A program made the position numbers and the translations under genes. From positions 10,478,001 to 10,542,000 of the forward strand of contig JBHGNT010000022.1 of NCBI GenBank assembly GCA_043228905.1: 64,000 nt of DNA. The letters are read 5' to 3'. Position 1 is the stretch's first letter; every line of letters starts with the position of its first letter. The notes under the pieces are model-generated. The model did no database searches, had not been told where the DNA came from, and was given only the letters and a program-made list of their open reading frames with translations. Below are positions 1-10,829 of this stretch, in pieces. The stretch is from Azolla caroliniana. Its lineage: Eukaryota > Plantae > Polypodiophyta.

Positions 1-2931
1 ATGTAACATTAGACTTAAGTAATGGAAAATCTGCATTGAAAAACCATCTAAGACTATCATTCCATTGACCACCTATTGATGGCTTGACCTTATTTAAATG
101 CTGAATCCATAGCTTTTTCCATAACTCCTCTCTTGGCAATAAACTCCTAACGACATGTTTAGAAAGTAAGGCTTTACTTTGCATAAAAGGATCAATCAAA
201 CCTAGACCTCCTTTCTACTTAGATTGTATAAGAACCGACCAAGCTACCTTTGCTACTGAATTGTCTGACATGTTGTTCCCTTGAATAAAATTTCGTATTA
301 GACATTGAACTTTAAGAATTATTGTCCTCGAAAAAAGCCATGTAGATGCTATATACCAAATCGAGGACAAAAACACCGAATTAGCTACAACTGTACGTCC
401 TGCTAAGGATAGCTTTTCCTTATTCCAGTGTATCAACTTATTCCTTAATCTTAACAACAAGCCATATCCTCTACCTTTAATCCCAAACCCACTCTACAAC
501 CTAAGTAACTAATGGATTGACCTTGAGGTATCAAAGTAAATCTTGGAGAAGGCACATTAACTGGCGGATCTCCTAGAGCAACCCAAAAACTTGATGACTT
601 TTACCAATTTATTAGTGCACCCGATGCATCTGAGAAATCATCCACAGCCTTTTGCACCTGTGCCAAATTGAATTGTGAGGCCTAAACATATAAAGTTGTA
701 TCATCAGCAAACTTGATATCCACGACAGCATATGACACTAGTAGTGCTAACCCTTTAATATTTACATATTGAGAATTTAGATGTACAGAAAATGCTTCAG
801 ATACTAGTAAAAACAGGAAAGGAGCAAGTGGACATCCCTGTCGTACTGATCTTGAAATCGAAAATCTCCTACCAATACCCCTACAAATAAAAGAGAGCTA
901 TACGCATTACGATATAATGTTGATACTCCTCGTATCCATGTATTTGGGGAACCCATCCTAACCAATGTTCCCTCCATAAAATCCCAGTCCACTCTGTCAT
1001 AAGCCTTTTCAAAATCCAGAAATAACACCGCTAGGTCTTGCTTATGCAATTCCACAAAGGCAACCATTTCCCAAAAGAGGATAATATTATCAAAAATACT
1101 TCTCTCTTGCATAAAACCAGTCTGAGAATCATGAATCAGCTCCGAAAGATAAGGCTGTAGTCGTCTAGCTAACGTTTGTGCTAATATTCTATAAATAACA
1201 TTCAACAAGGTAATTGGTCTCCAATGTTGAAGCTCTTCTAATTGTCCACTTGATTTAGGAATCATATAAATTAAACCCTCCTTCCATTCTTGTGCCATAT
1301 TTCCCGAGTCTAATATCTGTTGGTAGGCTTTGGTCAATCCATCACCTATCAAATCCCAATATTGAATATACCATTGGACTCCCAAACCATCCAAGCTAGG
1401 ACAAACATCTTTAGCAAGAGCTTTAGCAGCTTTACGAACCTCTTGAGAATTTAGTGGTTGTAAAAGAAAATCTACCGGTTGTACATACACCCTATTATGA
1501 ATGCTTGACCATATGATGTCCCTTTTAATCAAATCATCTGTAGAAAAAGATCTAGCTTTCAACAAAGACTCATAATAATTAGAGGCTATTTGCCTCATCT
1601 GACTAGAATCCATGGTATAAGAGTTGTCATGACATTTTAACTGGGAAATCCGAACAGTTGTCTTATGATGATTATGCACTGCAAAGAACAGTTTATTGAC
1701 TTTATCTCCCAACTTTGCCCATGTAGACGATATATTATGATAATTAAAATCCACTAAAATCTTTTGTAATTCCAATATCTGGTTCCCTAATTGTATCACT
1801 CGGGAATTTAGATACCGCGGATATGGTCTTCTCTCTTGCAGATGTTGCAAGGATCTCAATCCCCTACGAAGTCTTCCTATTTTAGTACAAGACTTATAAA
1901 ATACTTGTTTAGCTTTACAGTGAAAAAATTGTTGTGTTTCGCTAATTTCCTTTTGAACACTAGATAATGCATAATCATATGAGTAATCATATTTATTCCA
2001 AATATTATGCACACTAGGAACACAATCTTGGCTAAGAAACACATGATTCGGAATTCTAAACCTAGAATTTCTATGTTGCTCCTGCAAGACTATAACTAAA
2101 CGAAGTGGTGCATGATCACAAAAGGAAAATGAAGTGCTGCTCCTTTGTCCCATAAAAACTTATCTGCATAAAATCTATCTAACCTAGACAAATTGGTATG
2201 TGATTGTTTTCTATCCGATCATGAATAAGCTAAGGAATCTTGCATCTGTACAAAGGAAGACACATGCCACAAGTTCATTAAACCTATTATCCCTAGTTGC
2301 AAGCACCCAGAATTGTTTCCACTGGCTTGGAAACAAATTTCCATATTTTTGAATTCTTTGTGCATTTAAATGGTGCTCTTGAATAAGAAGAACATCAATC
2401 CTACCTGTCAGGAAGAGTACTAAAACAAAGAGAGAATTAGTAGTAAAGAAGGGATTCAGTACTATTAGTACTAAGAGGACGGGATTGCGTAAGACTCCCG
2501 AGAGAGAGAAAAGAGAAGAGGAGAGAGAGAGTGAGGACGAGAGAGAGAGAGATGATGATAACAGATGATATATTATACGAAGAGTAAGTACAAGATGGCT
2601 ATGAGGCTCAACATAATGCCTAGTGCCTTCTTTTATAGTGTTCTCAGGAGTAATCCTGAAGCTTCTAGAATGTTCCAGAGAAATTTGGAATATACATTAA
2701 TTTCCTATAATAAAACTTAAATGAAAATAATATCTTATGTATTACAATAGATGGTATAATGGTCAAGAGCTCAACCCATATAACATAAGGTCATGGGTTC
2801 GAGTCTTGCCATATCATGACACTATTTATCAAAGATTTCTTTAACTGACGGCGGAAAACACTCCTTACCTTACAACAATGTCTACCTCCTAAGCCCTTTA
2901 CATTCCATGAAATAATATTTAACCTATCCAT
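1..2931 (-). pseudogene. LINE ORF2 (AP endonuclease + reverse transcriptase), disrupted by stops, frameshifts and a solo LTR
   Basis: ORFs 804..2153 and 215..460 (LSLAGRTVVANSV). The ATG at 2929-2931 opens MDRLNIISWNVKGL. Removing the LTR at 2406-2821 restores ...KSLINRIDVLLIQEHH in frame. Confidence 0.9.
2406..2821 (-). mobile_element. Solo LTR related to the E1 chromovirus LTR, inserted in the LINE endonuclease domain
   Basis: Termini are TGTCAG...CATGACA with an imperfect TSD (CTACC/CTATT). The reverse complement resembles 6904-7363 (tgtcatgatat...gaacccatgacc...ttgtaataca...ttcct(a/g)aca). Confidence 0.85.
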
Positions 2932-4272
2932 CATTCATGTTTTGCCCTCCTACTCTCCTTTCGGCTAGTGCACCTTCTATACCATTTCTTCCATCCCCCA
3001 CGGGCCCTTAATTGTCTCCTATTTGACCAAATGTCTTTTCCCGACAACTTATGGGCATGCACTGGCAGATGTTTATTTGCTATATCAACCCTATTGGAAG
3101 ACTTAGTAGCTGTAAAAGCCACTATATTGCCACAATCCATGTCCGCATGTGGTAGGTCTACCTTCACCACTTCCTTTGCTGTAAACTCATTCAAAACTAT
3201 GGACCTATTACCTTGTTGTACTTTATGTAAAACCAATTGTTTGTCCTTACTTAATTGATTATTAACCTTAGAAAAAGATTCTATCGTTTGCACCTTGAAA
3301 GGTTTGTCATTTGAATTATGTTCCAGCTGATGCTCCATTGTGCCAACTAGGAGGGACAAACCACCATCCACTTTACTACTCCTTGCTTCCTTTTCAAGTG
3401 TCTGCAAAGATTGATAAGGATTAGCCTCAACTAATAAAAATGGATTAACTATCTTACTAGTCGGCTTAAAAACATGTTTAGTAGACATTGTAGACCAGCC
3501 ATCTTTAATAACATCTTGTTGAGTAGTTGGATGGGCATCAAGACATTCGAGCGTCTCTTTTGACAATCTAGACCCAAATGACCAAACTGTCGAGACACAA
3601 AACATTGATCAGGCAAACCTTGATAATACACCTTTTGTACAACCGGTGGTTTATTTATAAGTAGATTAGGTAAAGAAATAGTTGCCAGCAAACGGATAGA
3701 TCTCGATGCGATTAGCCGAACTGCTAGGACCCCACCCGCGCTATCTGTTCCATAATCATGTCCGTTACGTGTAGCAATAACGTTACCGAACAAAGCCCCA
3801 ATTCAAGGAAGAACATTCCTCCATTCTTTCCTCAATCTAGGAAATATTGCCATAAAAACCATACTAGACTCTTGATCCTACAATATCTCCTCTACCTTAA
3901 TATTATGCGACCATTTATGAAAAGATAATCACGCACCTTCCACTCCCGCCTCCTTAATCGCCAATAACTTTGTGACGGACTCCTCATCGGCAAACTCCAC
4001 ATGGTAACATCCTCAAGACATGAATTGAATGTCGAGGATGTTATCCGCTTCCTCCGTAAAGCGGCGTACAAGGTATGACAGAGCTCCGATCTATTCAATC
4101 TCGCATCCTGTACCTGCACTACCAAGGAAAAATCCTGTAAGGGTTGTACCTCACCTAAAACTGTGAGTTTATCCTCCTCCGACAACACAAGGTCAACTTG
4201 CTCATCACATAGATGAGGCGAAAGTTGGGGGGGTACACCGGACTCCCCTATACAGATATATGGTCTAGCCAC
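2931..4272 (-). pseudogene. LINE ORF1 (gag-like, zinc knuckle), frameshifted
   Basis: ORF fragments 3892..4272, 3449..3793 (YYQGLPDQCFVSRQFGHLGLDC) and 2931..3605 lie directly upstream of ORF2. Confidence 0.8.
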
Positions 4273-4768
4273 CGATGAAATGTGTGGCTAATCCACTGTC
4301 GACCTCCTGCTCGTAGTGGAACCAGCTCGCACTATGGCGGCACTATTTGTGCCACCCGCGACCTACTCGTTTCCTGTCTGCTGCATCGCTTGTTTTCTGT
4401 CTCGTTACTAAAGATAATTTTGATCAATTTTTTTATATTATGGCTTCCTAGGAAAAAGTTTTTATAGTCAATAGCACTTTCTGATCTTGTATTATGGTTG
4501 TTTCATTTCGGTGTGGTTATTCAATGATATATTCAAAGACAAATGTGTGTTTAAATCTTAACAAACACCATACACTGAGTATTCGGAAATCACCTTGCAC
4601 CTTCATTGCACATGTTTGGGTTCACATACCATAAGCTCCTTTCAAATGTGTGTATGTGCATAAACCAACCAACTATATATGACATGTATCATACATACAG
4701 AATATGTGATCTACTTCTTTCACTATTAGAGCTTGTGCTTGTACATTTGTATGCAATGACTTGTTTAT

Positions 4769-5478
4769 TTACCTGCTAATTGGTGGGTTGTTATCCACGA
4801 CACCCAAGTCGTATCGGGCCATGGCTTGTTGGGCGCTATTCGAGTTGTTCAAGACCTTGATGCCATTCAGTTTGTTGACTAGAGGCCGCAATTCGATAGT
4901 GTTCACAAATGGGGCATCGCTCACATCGGATTCCACCGAGAAGCACCGATTCACCGGTTTGCTCCCATTGAGAGCTTGCACGTAGAACTCATCCATGGAC
5001 GTAGTTCTTTGCGGGAGCGAGACATCGATCTACAGCCTATCGTAGCTAACAATGATGATATGGAAACTGAGGACACTTGTCGAGGCTGATGCTAGGTTCG
5101 TGGCGCACCACAAGGAAACAATGATCACGTAGTACTTGTTGGCTTGGATAGAGAGGGAGTAGCAGAACTTGGAAGGGCTAGGGGACCCTGATGATTCCCG
5201 ACGGGGTTTGAAGTATCAGAATGTCAACTGGTATTGCTTCTGGTCAGTCAATTGGGACAACGAGGGACCGAGGGTAGAGGTGGTCGAACAATCCATTATT
5301 TCAGGCCATAAGATGGTGTCCAGGTCCATACGATGCCGGTTGTTGGGTCTGTGTGATTCGTGGTCTTCGTGGATCCGACATCAATGCTGAGGAATTCGGG
5401 AGGGGAAATGGCGGACACCGGTGGAGACGTGACACTAGCTACAATGAGAAGGAGGAGGAGGGGTGAGTATAGAGCCAT
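4769..5478 (-). pseudogene. First exon of a malectin-like-domain (LRR-I type) receptor-like kinase, pseudogenised
   Basis: A signal peptide (MALYSPLLLLLIVASV) is followed by FLSIDVG..HTDPTTGIVW, KFCYSL..YYVII and PFVNTIELRPL. The exon ends at the splice donor CAG|GTAAAT near 4772. It contains internal stops and a frameshift. Confidence 0.8.
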
Positions 5479-5499
5479 GAGACAAAAATCAGAGTCTTA

Positions 5500-6903
5500 A
5501 GAGTATTATACTTCGGGAGTCCGTATGATGGGTACACCAAATTCCCTGTCTAGTGAGCGAGTCGACACATTTGAGTCACTCTCGTCGGGGTGGTCGACTT
5601 CGTATTCGGGCATCTTACCTTTACCTTTGTCAAAGGTCGTACTTGTTCGTGACATTCTTGGAATGCTTGAAGGCTCAGGTGGGCCTGGATTGTCCTTTTG
5701 TAGAGGACTTGTCCGAATATCATCCTCCGAGTTGACGTTCAAATCTTCCTCGGTCGGATCGAGTGGAGGCAAATTGGGCTTATACCAAGATGTTGATTCG
5801 TCGAAGACTACGTGTCGACTTACCTAAACCGCTTGGGCTGAAGGGTTGAAGTACTTGTATGCATTCTTCTCGGACGAATATCCTACAAGGATGCATTTCT
5901 CCGATTTCGCGTCAAGCTTTTGTCGGTTTTCGCTCGGGATGCGTATGTTCACAATGCTTCCGAACACCTTGAGGTGCGATAGGATCGGATTCCTTTCGAC
6001 AAGGAGTTCGAATGGAGTTAGTTCATGCACTGCATTAGTGGTGCATCGATTTATGAGATAGAAGACCGTGGATGCCGCGTCGGCCCAATAGAAGTTCGGC
6101 ATGTGCTTCTCATGCATCATCGTATGGTGCACGCCACCTCGAGTATTTTCTGATTCTTCCTTTCACCAACTCCATTTTGTTGGGGTGTGTGTCGGCACGA
6201 ACATTCTCTGCAAATGCCTTCACTTTAGAGGTAGGTGGTGAATTTATCGGAGAAGAACTCCTTGCCTCCATCCAATCGTAGGCATCGAATGTGCCAACCG
6301 GTTTCTTTTTCCACTTGGCCCTTGAGATTTTGGAAGTGGGAGAACACTTTACTCTTCATCTTCATCGGAAAGATCCACGTGTAGTGGGAATAGTCCTTGA
6401 TGAATGTGACGTAGTATCACCATCCGCTGATCGTCGGAGTTTGAGCCGGTTCCCATACCTCCGAATGTATGACGTCGAGGAGGCATTTGCTTATGTAGCT
6501 CTCCTTCGGAAACGGGAGCCGATGTTGTTTTCCGAGTTGACAAGCTTCGCATACTCGGTCAACTCGTTTCGACTCGAACGTCGGAAGTCCGATGACGACT
6601 CCCTTTGATTTCATTGCTCGAAGCCGTTGGAGGTTTATGTGGCTGATTCATTTGTTCCACAATTCGATGTTCGTCCCGGTTTTGAGACCTTTGGCATACA
6701 TGTCCAATTTCACCTAGTTCGAATCGAGGATGAACATTTGACCGTCTCTCCGTCCGTTAGCTATGAGTCAGCTATCTTTCTCGATGAAGCATCCTTCGTT
6801 GTTGAAATGAAATTGCATGCCTTGCTCCACGATTTGGCCTACGAAGACCAAATTCTTTGTTATTATGGGCACGTGCAACATTCTTCATGCAATTTTGCTC
6901 GTT
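5500..6903 (-). mobile_element. Ty1/copia fragment (GAG-pre-integrase and integrase), truncated; host of E1
   Basis: Motifs CEACQLGKQHRLPF, YWADAAST..YLINR, HLKVFGS and KLDAKSEKCILVGYS. Same family as 50617-55029. Confidence 0.88.
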
Positions 6904-7215
6904 GTCATGATATAGCATGGTATGGCTTCAAAAGGATTCGAACCCATGACCTTGTGTCACATGGGTTAAATCCCTACCATTAAGCTATACATTGTAATAC
7001 AAACAATATTTTTTTCATTTATTATTTCACTTAGGAAATCCATGTATATTCTAGATTTCTCTGGAACATTCTAGAAATGTCTGGAGTACTCCTAAGCACA
7101 CTATAAAAAGAGGCACATGACATTATTGAGAACCAATTCGGTTCAACGCCATTCATAAGCCGCCTTGTTGTTCTTGTATCTTTATCCTTATAATATATAT
7201 CTTCTATTGCCATTA

Positions 7216-7254
<39 letters not shown>

Positions 7255-7363
7255 CCTTTTCTCTTGAGTTTTACACCACCTTTTCCTCTTAAGTACTCAT
7301 AGTACTCATCCTCCTCTACCTTTAGTACTAATTCCCTCTCTATCTTTAGTACTATTCCTAACA
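6904..7363 (+). repeat. E1 5' LTR
   Basis: TGTCATGATA...CCTAACA with TATAAAAAG at ~7102 and a (CT)n tract; it matches the sequence from 60520 onward. Confidence 0.9.
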
Positions 7364-7439
7364 GTTTGAACTGAATTTCCTTATCTTCTTACTTCGCCCT
7401 CCCTTTATACTAATCCTCTTATACTAAGCAGCTTAGCTC

Positions 7440-8827
7440 TAGCATGGTTCGTTCTGTTGTTAGAAAAGGATAATTTTGAAGAGTTTATAAGCGATATTTT
7501 GGAAGACGGTAATGAACAGAATCTAACGATTACATCAAGGTGATCGTCCAACCTCCGCTTCTGCTATAGTTTTTGTCTACGTGCCTCCGATATCCCTTGG
7601 GATGATCAAGCATTGATGGAGAAATTTCGATATGGCCTACAAAATGATGTCAAAGACTTATTCCTGACTTTCCTTGAAAACCCAAATCGCTCATAGAGGC
7701 AATTAGTCGAGCGGTACAATGCGATAACCGGCTTTTCGAACGATGTTCTAAACGCCAGTTACAAATGCCAAGGACCAGGTCGGAGCCCACATACGCCTCG
7801 GGCATAGCAAAGCCATTTGCAAGGGAATCATACAATGCATCTCTGGCAAATAATCCAACACCGATGGAAATCGACACTACACATCATCGTGGACCATTGT
7901 TAGAAGAAGAAAAGCAACGAAGTCGAGCAAATCGACCATGTCTTTATTGCGGAGGACCAGGGCATATCAAAGTAAATTGTCCATATAGGCCACAGAGACA
8001 GGTAAATCAAATAGTAGCTTGTACTAAACCTGAGTCTATTTCATTGGGAGTTTTTGATAGTCCTAATATTACTAATATCCCAAGTCTATCGAACAAATTT
8101 GAAGTCCTTAGTCATTTAGAAGAAGAGTTAAATGACTAAGTCCAACCAAAATAGGAGTCATTTGGTTGGACAGTCCTAGATCTGTGCAGCCCATTAGTGG
8201 TTCCATTCCATCTAAGCAAGTTTGCAATGTGTTCTTAGCTCAAATAACAGTTAGTACTAAAAGTACCCCTCCAATACATGTCTTAGCACTCTTAGATTCT
8301 GAAGCCAGTTCTTGCTTCATGGATAGGAATTTTGCCCAAGCTCATCAGATATCCTTAAGAAAACTTTCTTGCCCATCGTTTGTAGTAGTCATTGATGGTC
8401 GTCCCATTGCTTCTGGAAATATCGTAGAAGAGTCAGAGCTGATTCAGGTTGTCCTAGATAAATTGGTGTGTGTAGTATCATTTAATATAATTAGTAGTCA
8501 AGAGCATCCAATTGTCTTGGGGTTACCATGGTTCAAATTACATAACCCAGACATAGATTGGAGAATAAGAGAAATCTGGTATCGACAAACCCGAGGATCT
8601 ACTCATCGAATTGCAACCATTTCGCTACATTAATTGCGTGAGGAAGGACGCAAGGAATCAGTGTTTGTCTTCGCAGTATCAGTAAAAACTTCTAACACCA
8701 CTAAGGAGGAGTCCACAATTCAACTTCCAGAGAAGTATCGTCATTATGTCGATGTGTTTGATAAGTCACAAGCCAATAGTCTTCCTCACCATTGACCGTA
8801 TGATTGTCCCATTGATTTACAACCAGA
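7440..8827 (+). pseudogene. E1 gag (zinc knuckle) and aspartic protease, degenerate
   Basis: Motifs PTPMEID, CLYCGGPGHIKVNC, LALLDSEASSCFMD and IVLGLPWFKLHNPDIDW. Confidence 0.88.
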
Positions 8828-9254
8828 AGTCACGGATGAAGAATTGGAGGATAAAGAGATGGGGAAGTTGATGAAAATAAGTAAGAATACCTATTCCATG
8901 ACTGGTGTTGATTTCCTTGATGTTAACAAGGGAGATCAACCCTTTTTATACATGTAGTGAAGCATGATAAGCATGCTCATGCCAAGTCTTACACACTATA
9001 ATATCAAGCATACTAATTCTTGCATGACAAGTCTTACATACTGAGTCTTACATACTCAATCTTACATATTGAGTCTTATATACCACTCTTTATACAAAGG
9101 TTTAAAATCTAAAGTTTGTTTAGGAGAAATATTTATATACAATAACTTGAGGCTAAAATTCGAGTCGATGTTCATGACATTATCCTCCCCTTAAGCGCCG
9201 ACTTCAAGAAGGTGCGGATTTGTGAGGATATTGGAGATGAAAATCATGAACCAC

Positions 9255-10312
9255 TTATGGGGCATAAAGTAAATTTCTAGTAGGCTCCCATGTGGCCTCA
9301 GAGATGGGATATCCTTTCCACAAGACCAGATACCGGATCTTCCGTCGGCTCATGCGAGAGTCTAGAATGGTCTCGACTTCATACTCATCCGAAGTTGCCA
9401 AAGCCACAAGGGGGGGTGGCTCGATGCTTCTTCCTAGAATTGAGGATGGATGATGGAGCTCAAGAAGTGATGCATGGAAGACATTGTGAATTTGGTAGTG
9501 TGATGGAAGAGCAAGACGAAAAGCCATAGGGTTGACTTTGTCAACGATGCCGAATAGACCCAACATTTTGTAATCGAGTTTGTTGCATGGGCAAGTTGTC
9601 GAAATATGCTGACGTAATAGCTAGACCATGTCACCAACTTTAAAACCAGGTGCAACCCGCTGATGTCGATCAACCTTCTCTTTGTGTCGTTCTTGAGCGA
9701 TGGAGGTCATGAAGCACTTCTTTCATCAGACGAGCTCGTTCTTCAGTAGATGGATTGATAAAACCAGCAGGGATAACTATGCTAAAGCGTGGGTAGAACC
9801 CATAATTTGCGAAGAAGGGTGTTACGCTAGTTTATGTGTGGAGAGTATTATTGTAGGAAAACTCAACCATTGGAAGAAATTTGATCCAATCATCTTGTTG
9901 ATAACTTATCATACATTCAAGATATTGCTCTGGGATCTGATTTACTCATTCCATTTGGCCGTCTGTCTTTGAATGGAAGGCTGTGAAAAATTTTGTGGAA
10001 GTTTGAAGAGTCTAGAAGAGATGTTTCCAGAAATGAGACAAAATTGGGAACCCCAATTAGAAATAATGTCATCCAGTAAACTATGAAGGCGCACAATATT
10101 TGTTAACAATAGATATGTTCTTTCCATCCCTGAAATTGCTTTAGAACATGGAATAAAATGCGCCATCTTTCTGAACCTATCAACCACCACCAATACTAAA
10201 TTAAATCCCTCAGTGTTGGGAAGGTCGGTGATGAAATCCGTCGAGATGGAGGCCCATGGCCTATTTGGAATTGGCAGAGGTTGAAGTAGACCATAGGAAC
10301 AATGATGTATTG
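9255..10312 (-). pseudogene. E2 integrase core and chromodomain
   Basis: Motifs VVVDRFRKMAHFIPC and IHNVFHASLL, then the chromodomain EYEVETILDSR..RYLVLWKGYPISEATWEP. Confidence 0.9.
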
Positions 10313-10829
10313 TGTTAGCCAGCCGACAAGGAATGGAGGACAGTCCAGAATAAGAAAGGGCAGAAATAATCGGAGGCTGTTATTAGGATATTAAGTAATT
10401 AAGTAGATTTTAGAGAAGTGAACGGGCAGATCGGAATCGGTATGCCGATCCAGATCCGGACCGGTTCATATTAGTCTGCCGGTTGGCACTGTTTTGTAGG
10501 CAGAACCGGTGATCTATAAAAAGGCCCGGTTACATTGTAAATGGCGACGGATAATTAATAAAGCTCTATTGTCTTATTTATGTGTATTGATTTCCGTTCT
10601 GTGCTAATTACTTTCTATCTTATGCGTGTATTAAGATTAAGGATATGTTGCTTAAGTAACTGATTAAGGTCTAATTAATCGTCGGTCTATCTCTGTTTCA
10701 CCGTAACACCCTTTGGTGAAGTGTCTTTTATAGACACCTTGTGTTAGGCTATTGTCCGGCCCTAAGGAGTAACACAGTTTTTGGCGACCATGATTCTTGC
10801 ATAAGCGCAGCGAACAACAGTGGGAATGG

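Larger units (their letters stand above)
1..4400 (-). mobile_element. L1-clade LINE (ORF1 + EN/RT ORF2), degenerate; 3' end runs off the window
   Basis: ORF1 fragments include a degenerate zinc knuckle (QCFVSRQFGHLGLDC). ORF2 has APE motifs SWNVKGL, DVLLIQEHHL and DHAPL, and RT motifs WRPITLLN, QTGFM and LDFEKAYDRV. The 5' boundary is approximate. Confidence 0.93.

Noticed and set aside
6916-6992. Functional tRNA genes at the A/B-box sites (also 2750, 60540, 61555, 61680, 63045)
   Set aside because: I could not form convincing acceptor or anticodon stems, and the sites lie within or next to LTRs. They are reported as tRNA-like modules only.
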